A stretch of DNA of 64,000 nt from assembly GCF_009914755.1 (NCBI RefSeq), contig NC_060935.1. The stretch is one strand, 5' to 3'. Under the pieces are notes generated by a model. It was not told the DNA's origin. It searched no databases and saw nothing but the letters and a program-made list of their open reading frames with translations. Both the position numbers and the translations under genes were made by a program. Below, piece after piece: positions 55,919 to 64,000 of the stretch (positions are counted from its first letter, which is position 1; every line of letters begins with the position of its first letter). The DNA comes from the human T2T-CHM13v2.0 reference genome, Homo sapiens.

Positions 55919-56996
55919 TTTTGCTTTCCAACCGTGACTTGGTTTGCAGCCAGTTTTGAGGTGATACAGTTTGCAGGAGCTTTGAGAGGCTGGCTGGCTG
56001 GGAAAGTACAAAGTCCACAGTGAGAAGATCCATCCTAACCAGAGGAACTGAGTCTGAGCTCACAGTATTGAAGGCCAACCTCCCAGGTGTTTCCTGGCAC
56101 TCCCCTCTCTCCCTGCACCAGGGTCAGCCTGGCGGGGCTGTTTTGTCTGATGGGGGTTAGTGTGAGGCTGGAGGAGGCAGAATGCTGCGTCAGGCTGTAG
56201 GCTTCCTCCTGACTCCGGCTCCGAGGTCTGTGCCTCGTGGTTCCGTTTGCTCCCCTGAACTTCCTTTAGGGTGCTGTTGTCACATTACAGAAGCTTGGGA
56301 AAAGAGGTTGGGTTTTTCTATGGTGAACACCTGTCACATGACAGAATGAGACTCCTTTTGGGAGGACAGACTCATAGTTAATTAGCTTTTGAGGCAACCA
56401 TAGATGTCTCCTTAGTCTTGATGTGGACTGTGTCCCTCCTGGGAGAACTGACCTTCTCCAGGAAGTGAAGGAATTTTATTATAAGGGGGCCATTTCCTTG
56501 AGACTTGTAGCTCTCCACAAATTTTCTTGATTGCCCATTCTGGAGGCTTGGCCCCTCACAGTCCCCAAGTGCTGATGAGGGCTCCATTCCATCAAAAGCA
56601 CCGGAGCGTCCCTGTCCTTGAGTGGGCAGGAAGCTTTTCTGTTTCCAGGTAGACTCCTGGGCCAGCCACCCTGGCCTAGCCACCCTGGCCCGGCATGGGC
56701 TCTGGCAGTGCCTGCTTAAGGCCCTGTGTCTGAGCCAAAAGCAAAGCCACCCTGGGATTCACACATTGTCCATGAGAAGGGGACTCCAGGACTTGCTGTT
56801 CACATGGACAGGGAGCCAGAGCTCAAGTTTCCCAGCTGGGCCCGGCTTGCGGGAGCTCAGCCCAGTGCTTCCTCTGCACTTGCAAACTTCGTCTCCCTGC
56901 TCCTCTTCTCTTCTCCCTCCAAGCCTCTCAATCTGACTCACCTTTTCCTTCATGTCTCCTGTGGCTGCTTTTTTGGACTCGCCTTTCTTCTCCCAG

Positions 56997-57119
56997 GAAC
57001 GCCGTGTCTCAGGGATAGGTAAGCCGGTCCTGTGCTCTTCCTCCGGCCCTCCTGTTCACTCTTGCTGCCCCAAGCCGGAGGAGGCCACACCCAGCCCATC
57101 ACCTCCTCTGAAAAGGCAG
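56997..57119 (+). CDS. MICAL2: MICAL2 exon w15 (123 nt)
   Basis: tcccag|GAACGC...CAG|gtaggg; [41 protein letters not shown]. Confidence 0.92.
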
Positions 57120-57759
57120 GTAGGGCTCCTTCCAGTGGATGCTGTTTTGGTGAAGCCAGAGGGGACTTTGATCCAGATGGGTGGGGTCAGTGGCTCTTCC
57201 CACACCCCAAGTAGGGCTGATTGTAGATTTTCTGGACACACCTTGATGTCACCACACTTATAGGTAAGAATAACCAAGTATGCAACATCACAAAATACAT
57301 TTTATTGATCCCTTAGCCAGTCAGAGGTATCAATTGACCAAATACCATGCTCTCGATGGTGCTGCTAGGGAAAAATAAACTGTACCACAGGGTATTTTGT
57401 ATGATGCCCTATAACACTAAGCATTATCTGCAGACCATTCAAATAGGCTGATTTCCATATCAATGAAAAAGTGATGTTGGAATGGGCCCAGGTGGCCACT
57501 TGGCTGGACCCATTGAAGGGGTAAGGCTGGGATGTGGCGAAGGCCTTGCCGGTGCCAGAGTAGCTGAGGACCTGCATAGCGGGCGGGAAGGCAGCTGGCA
57601 GTCACGGAGTGTGGCTTATGGCAGGTAGTGCTCCTGAGTTTGGAATCTGAACCGAATCACTGTTATTGACCATAAGCCACAAAGTTGTCTGGTCAGCATT
57701 AGGATTTGTGTGTTGCTCCCAGGTGGTGGAGGTTGAGTAAGGTCGGTGTGACTACAATG

Positions 57760-58040
57760 CAGCAATTTTTATGTCTGTCTGCCTCACCTGGGGAACTTTT
57801 AAAAAACTACCAATGTCTCATGCCCAGTCCAGAGCAATCCAATCGAAATCTCTGGGGGTTGGCCCCAGGCTTGGGTGTTTTTTTTTAAGTACCCTAAATG
57901 TCAGTATGCAGCTAGGATTGAGAACCAGCATTGTAGAGGTTTTGATTCAGGGGGTTGGGGGTGAGGCCCCAGACTGTGTATTGTGAATGAGGAGGCCAGA
58001 CAATTTTGATGCAGGTGGTGGAGAGTCAACACCTGGGGCT
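57760..58040. mobile_element. MER5-family MITE fragments
   Basis: cacctggggaacttttaaaaa...gcagctaggattgagaacca; tgattcagggggttggggg...ttttgatgcaggtgg. Confidence 0.55.
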
Positions 58041-58170
58041 AGTTTGGAATCTTACTTAGGGTTGCACCTGGTGCACCCTTTGTCTCTGGTCTTCATGGGG
58101 GATCCCTCATGGTGAGGGTGTATGAAAGGGCCGCAGTAGGGAAGGAAGCTTAATTTTCCCTCTTTCCCAG

Positions 58171-58389
58171 TTCCCCTCTGTGGTCGTGACGGGGCACGTG
58201 CTCAGAGAGCTCAAGCAAGTGTCTGCTGGCAGTGAGTGCCTGAGCAGACCTTGGAGAGCCAGAGCCAAGTCTGACCTACAGCTGGGTGGGACAGAAAATT
58301 TCGCTACCCTGCCTTCTACCCGCCCGAGGGCGCAGGCTCTTTCCGGGGTGCTGTGGCGGCTGCAGCAAGTGGAGGAAAAGATTCTCCAG
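58171..58389 (+). CDS. MICAL2: MICAL2 exon w16 (219 nt)
   Basis: ttcccag|TTCCCC...CAG|gtgaga; [17 protein letters not shown]...[13 protein letters not shown]. Confidence 0.93.
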
Positions 58390-58627
58390 GTGAGAGACTC
58401 ACTTTTTGCCCGTCTCTGTCCGTGTCTGGGTGACTTCCTTTCTTCCCCTCCCTCCTCCTACCCGGGTGGGTTCCTCCTCCCTCTGCCCACCCCCTGTCTC
58501 TCATCCTGCTGTGTGTGGTGAGCAGGCAAGGCCCCCGGCTGCCTCCCTCACCCACTTCTTGGAAGCCAACTGTCTCAGTCTCTGTCACTATCTCTCTTTT
58601 CTTTCTCCTTTCTCACCTTCACTGCAG

Positions 58628-58729
58628 AAGAGGGCTCAGAACTTGGCCAACAGGGAATTTCACACAAAGAACATTAAGGAGAAGGCGGCTCACCTTGCCT
58701 CCATGTTTGGACACGGGGATTTCCCGCAG
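58628..58729 (+). CDS. MICAL2: MICAL2 exon w17 (102 nt)
   Basis: ctgcag|AAGAGG...CAG|gtaaac; [34 protein letters not shown]. Confidence 0.93.
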
Positions 58730-59943
58730 GTAAACATGGGGCTTTCAGAGCCCCCAGGAACCTGATGCTGGACATCCAGCCAGGTGACCTTGAATCAGGC
58801 TCTGAGCTCAATTTTCTCCTCCTTCCTCCTTTTAGAGCATGAAGAGCTCTTTATTTTTCAAGCCACCAAATAATACAAGCTGGCATCTAGAAAAGACCCA
58901 AATGCGAAGATTCAAAATAAATAAATACATCATGAGAAAGGAAAAACTAAGACAGGAAAGTAAACACAGATCGAGAAAGGCATTACTATAAGAAGCACAA
59001 GCCGGTAGACCCTAGGTATTTTCCAAGCAGGCTCTGAGCTTCCTAAGGGTCAACACAAAGAGGAAACAGTCATCAGTTGCAGAATCACAATGCCTTTACC
59101 CAGTTGCTTGTGATGTTTTTGAGTGGGAGAGAAATCTCCCTGTGGCCCTGATCAGGAAGATACTGAATGATGAGGCCAACCACATGCTGCAACTGGGGCT
59201 CTGCTTCCCCATGGGATAAAGTCAAGCCAACAAGAATGGCTTTGCCTTAGAATTAGGAAGTACAGCCTCCTCCAAGCCAGGTACTTATTTGGAAATTTGC
59301 TGAAAAGAAGAGCATGTGCTCAAGAGGAAATGAAAGAGTTGATAATGAGATCCTACAGGTGGGTGTATGTGTAAAGTCCTCCCTCCCTCACAGCACACCT
59401 GTCCCTAGAACTTGCCTCTCCACTGTTTTCACTTAGTCTCCTCTTCTGCTACTTGGTGGAGTCACTGGCGTGGGAAGGATGCTTTACACTTCATTCATTT
59501 TTAGGATTCCTCATGCCTGCCAGGAGGCTAGCACAGTTGCTTGCTGCAGCTATAGAGGCCCCTGCTGTGGCCACCTGCCCTAAAGCAGCCCAGGGTTCTC
59601 CTCTCCTAAGCTCGCAGCTGCTACTTCATAACAAGCTCCAGGGTGAGGGCTTTGGTAATTGGCATCGGTGTCTGAGGCGGATGTAGGCAGGAACAGATTG
59701 AATCTGCATGAGCTATTTCGGTGTGACAAGGGAGCTGGAATAGTTGCAGCAGAATGCAGTGTAACCAGGAGCCAGATAATCCTTTCTGGCTCCAAAGACA
59801 GGGGTTTCTGTGTTGTCCTGAGACATGGGTCTCCTTTCTTTGCCTTCTTGAGTGCACAGGCATGGGACTGCATGATTGAGGCATGTATCACCATGTGTGA
59901 CTCCTGGGATAATCCTTGTTTCTTCTATTTCTGTTCTGTGCAG

Positions 59944-60069
59944 AATAAACTACTCTCTAAAGGCCTGTCTCATACTCATCCTCCATCTCCTCCCTCTCGC
60001 CTTCCGTCTCCTGATCCAGCTGCTTCTTCCTCTCCATCAACTGTTGACTCTGCTTCTCCTGCCAGAAAG
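59944..60069 (+). CDS. MICAL2: MICAL2 exon w18 (126 nt): Ser/Pro-rich
   Basis: gtgcag|AATAAA...AAG|gtagtt; [42 protein letters not shown]. Confidence 0.92.
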
Positions 60070-62559
60070 GTAGTTGTCCTGAACAATTTGCTTTCCCTAT
60101 TCCCTGCATGTTCCCAGATGTTCTCATGCTCCACTTGACCTGCACAAACATCTTGAGCCTGGCTTGGCTGGAATAAAAATTTGTAAGATATTTTACACCA
60201 GTGCTGGATTCAATTTTGTTTTTGTGTTAGAGCACACAACACGGCAGAACAGGCAGTGTACAAAAGCTTGCCAAACAGGGCTCATTCATTCAGCAAGCAT
60301 TAATCAGGGCCCACCATATGCCACCCTTCGTGCCAGATGCTGAGAAAACAGAGAGGGCGGTGCAGTTCCCTTACTACAGTTGAGATGGGAAATAGCACAT
60401 TAGCATAGAAATAAGTGACATTTTTATAATATGAAATATCACATCACATACTGCTGATATTTGCCTGTTTTGTCCTAATAAGATGGCAATTTCACATGAT
60501 AAACTTAACGTAACACTATTCATTCATTCTATAAGAGGTTTAAAGGGCAAGATTGTAGGAATGGAGAGGGGAGAAGATGGGGAGGTAATGCAGAGAAGGT
60601 AATATGGGAACTGAGTGAGTGTTGAAGGTTCCATGGGGGGATTTTGCTAGAGAGAAGTTTAGGGCAAGGGTGTTTTGGAGAGGGGCTAGCCTGTGCAAAG
60701 GCAGGCAGGCAGGGCTTACGTGACATGGAAAGATGGAATGTCTGGTGTGACTTGAACTTGGGGATAAAAGTATTTATGGGGGCATGGAGAGTGGAAGTGA
60801 GCACACTCTGTGTAAAGGAATTTCATTTTATCCTCTGGGTTATAGGAAGCCACTGCAGGATCTACTCTGTGTTCTAGAAGTACAGCTCAGACAGTAGTGC
60901 AGAGATCGGCCTGGAGGATGAGAAGAGTGGGGAGCTAACTTTGGTTAAATAGTTAATGAAATGCACTCACAAACAATGATTAAGACTGGGTTTAGGGGTG
61001 CTTTTCATGTTTTTCACTTGTCCTCCTGTTACCTCCTGTGCTGAGAATAATACCAGGCTTGGGTGGGAGAGGGTCTGTCTTCTGGGAAGGCTGGCCTCTG
61101 GAATGAATGAATCTAGAAATGGGCATGAAGCCTACCTCATGAGCTGTTGCTCATGGAGTAGGTTTGGAGTCTTCCCCCACTCCACCCACCAACTGTGCTT
61201 CTCTGTTCACAGCCAGTGCGTCTGGCTCCCACCGAGGCTCTGTGTGTCATGCTGCACGTGCCGCTGCCAGAAGGAGTGCTGGTCTGTTTCTGTGCTGTTA
61301 GACTGATGCACAAACCAGCTCCATGCTATTGCATTAGTGAAAAATTAGAAGCTGCCCCTTGGTGTGTAATTGGGGGTCCCACCCCTGTTGGCCTCCACCT
61401 CTGTGAGGAGAACGGTGTAGGTAGAGTCCCTAAGAAAGGAGCAAGGAATCTTACCAGCCCCATCCCATCTGAGGCCACCAGTGTTAATGGGAAGCACCCC
61501 AGAAAGGGCAGCAGCAGGTAACACAGAGAAACGCTAACAGGATCTTCAATGCCACTGAAAATAGCCATGGTCAGCATATCAAGATCCCCAGCCACCTGCT
61601 CCAGGTCAGCCACAGGCCAGCTGTTTGACCTTAAGCCTCCTGACCTGTCTGGGCCTCCTCCTCCTCAGTAAGAGTGGTTCTGGGCTCATGTTACAGTGAG
61701 CAACATGGGTGGAGACAGGCATTTTTGTCATCACCATCAGCAAGGTTGCAGGGTAGGCTTTTTGCCCAGTTAGGGAAAGGGACCTTCCCCAGGGTATACT
61801 CCCTACTACGGGAAAAGGTCATGGCACCCTTGGCAGGATGGTGGGAGGGGAGAAGGCACCTAGGCACGGACCAGGCAGTGGCTTGTGCCCATAGTTGGTC
61901 AGCCAGGCCCACACCTTGCTTCTCTCTGGCCCAGCCCACTCCAGCTGACGGGGCCCTTCAGGGTAGAGCCAGGCAAAGCCTTCTCTTGTCCCTGCCTTTC
62001 TCTCATCCCCAGAAAAGTCTGGCGTGGTCACTGTTGGGGCCAAAACTGCTGCAAGAAAAGCTCCTACACTTCCCAAATACCCTGACTTGGTTTCCACCGG
62101 GCATTAGATCCTTCTAAGAGACGGCAGGGAGCAGCCTGCTGGAAACATGCAGAGCTGCTGGGTAAGACAGAGATGCTGTCAGCCACTAAGCGTGTCCCCA
62201 TCACATCAGCATCACACCGGCTGAGGCCCTGCCTGCTGCTGTCTCTGGCTCTTCAGGCAGCCCTCCCCTGAGGACTCGGCTCCCTATCAGCCATTAGTTA
62301 ATTTTGCTCCTCCAGAAGGGAGGCCATTGCTGATCTGGTCTGTGGCATGGCTGCTGGCCATTTGCCACGCTGGTGAGCTCTTGCAAGAAGAAGAAGGCAC
62401 AGCCTTTGCACAGCTGGGCAGGGGGGCCCTTCACTGGGCTGGGAGCTACCCTTCAGTCCTCCTGGGTCAGAAGAGCACTGAGCATTGCAAAAGGAGCTTT
62501 CTCCACCAATGTCACTCCAAAAGCCAATGTGTGAACATTCATTCCTTCAACAAATTTAA

Positions 62560-62725
62560 TTTTTTTGTTTTTTTGGAGACAGGGTCTCTCTCTGTCACCC
62601 AGGACAGAGTGCAGTGGTATGATCATAGCTCACTGCGTCCTCAAACTTTGGGACTCGAGTGATCCTCCTGCCTCAGCCTTCCACCCCTGAGTACCTGGGA
62701 CTATAGACGTGAATCACCACCCTCA
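62560..62725 (-). mobile_element. Alu monomer (FRAM/AluJ-like), antisense, within L2-like sequence
   Basis: ttttggagacagggtctc...gagtgcagtggtatgatcatagctcactg...gatcctcctgcctcagcc. Confidence 0.85.
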
Positions 62726-64000
62726 GTAAACAAATATTTATTGAATGAAAATCCATTGTTAGGCATTTCAGGCTGTCAGGATATGTATTGATGAATAAGA
62801 GTTAAATCTCTGCCCTAATGAGGCTTACACCCTACAAGCCTACAACAATCAATATATCAGTAAATTATATAATGTGTTAGAGGGCAAGATAATATTTCCT
62901 ATGAAAAAATTAGAGCTGGTGGTGGGGACCTGGAATGCTGGGGAGGGAAGGGTGGCAATTTTAAATGGAGTGGTTGGGTGGGGGCTGGAGAGCTCTTCCT
63001 GTGATGGTGAGAACTGAGCAGGAGCAGAGTCACAGGTAAGAAGGCAAAGGCTCAGGGAGGAGACTGGAGCCCAGCGTTCGGACTCCCAGGCCAGTGCTCT
63101 CCTGTGTCCTGCAGAAGCCACGCATGCATGGAGGCCTTGTCAGAGGCCCAGAGGCTGTGTGCATGTAAACCCTCACACTCAGGGACAGGGAGGGCTTTGG
63201 GGTGGCCAACCCCAGATCTGCTGTCCCCACCTCTACAGCTTTGTTCCTTGCTCCTCCCCAGTTGTGGTAGAACAATTGCCCCATTTTTGTTCTTTTAAAA
63301 AATTCTTTCTCCCTAGCCAGCGTTGGCCATTAGATGATGTAATTGGGCTATTTCGACAGCTTCCAACATCTTAATTATTGGCTGATGTTTCTTTCACAGT
63401 ATGGCTGGGAATGATGGAGGACCTCTTAGAATGGACTCTTGGGCAAGTCACTTAGCCTCTCTGTGCCTCAGTTTCTCTGAATACCTACACTCGCAGGTTC
63501 ATGCAGGTCACACTGTGAGGCCATTTTAGGCAGTTATGGATGGAGTGGTGAGTTTCTGGTTTCAAGCAGTCTTAGAAAGGATATTGCCAGCCTCACCCAT
63601 TGCCTTGACTTCCCTCACTCCCCAAACTCTGCCCCACCATTGATTCAGCACTGGGCTTTGCACATGCAGAATTTGGCAGAATCACAACCACCTCTAGGGA
63701 GAGAACTGGCTGTTCCTTAAAGTAGGTGATGATTTGGTGATAAACAGATTTATTCTATCCTGGTGCAGCTCAGGGAGTTTCTCTCCTAGAGTCTGGGGCC
63801 TTAATACTTCTTCCAAACAGATTTTGGGCTGCTCTTTTTGCTCAATGGACCCAAGTTCACCTGAATTCAGGGGAGCAAGAGGAAGAAAAATGCACTTGGA
63901 AACTGATGCTTAGTCCTTGACAACTTCCTGGCAGGCAGCATGTCTCTGTTCCTGCCCTATGGTCTTCCACACTGATTCCGAGGATCCGTGAATAATAATC

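Noticed and set aside
58916-58925. Overlapping AATAAA hexamers after exon w17
   Set aside because: Downstream sequence is A-rich with no U/GU element, so it is an unconvincing polyA site.

Overview
Primate (almost certainly human) genomic DNA, Alu/MIR/L1/L2-rich, covering the middle of the MICAL2 gene on the + strand. Eighteen coding exons (20215-60069) splice in frame to 2520 nt / 840 aa. They encode the FAD-dependent F-actin monooxygenase domain (GxGxxG, DG and GD motifs), the calponin-homology domain, a bipartite NLS and a Ser/Pro-rich linker. The start-codon exon lies upstream of the window and the LIM/C-terminal exons were not found in it. The first 20 kb is intronic. I found no convincing novel biological system and no RNA gene or CRISPR array. 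The most notable items are a GC-AG intron, a run of symmetric phase-0 exons (one carrying half of the NLS), candidate cryptic cassette/poison exons, a candidate intronic polyA site, inverted Alu pairs around exons, perfect CArG boxes, a nested hAT insertion with an intact TSD, an antisense solo LTR and an old local duplication. Repeat subfamily names are from recalled consensus sequences and repeat boundaries are approximate.
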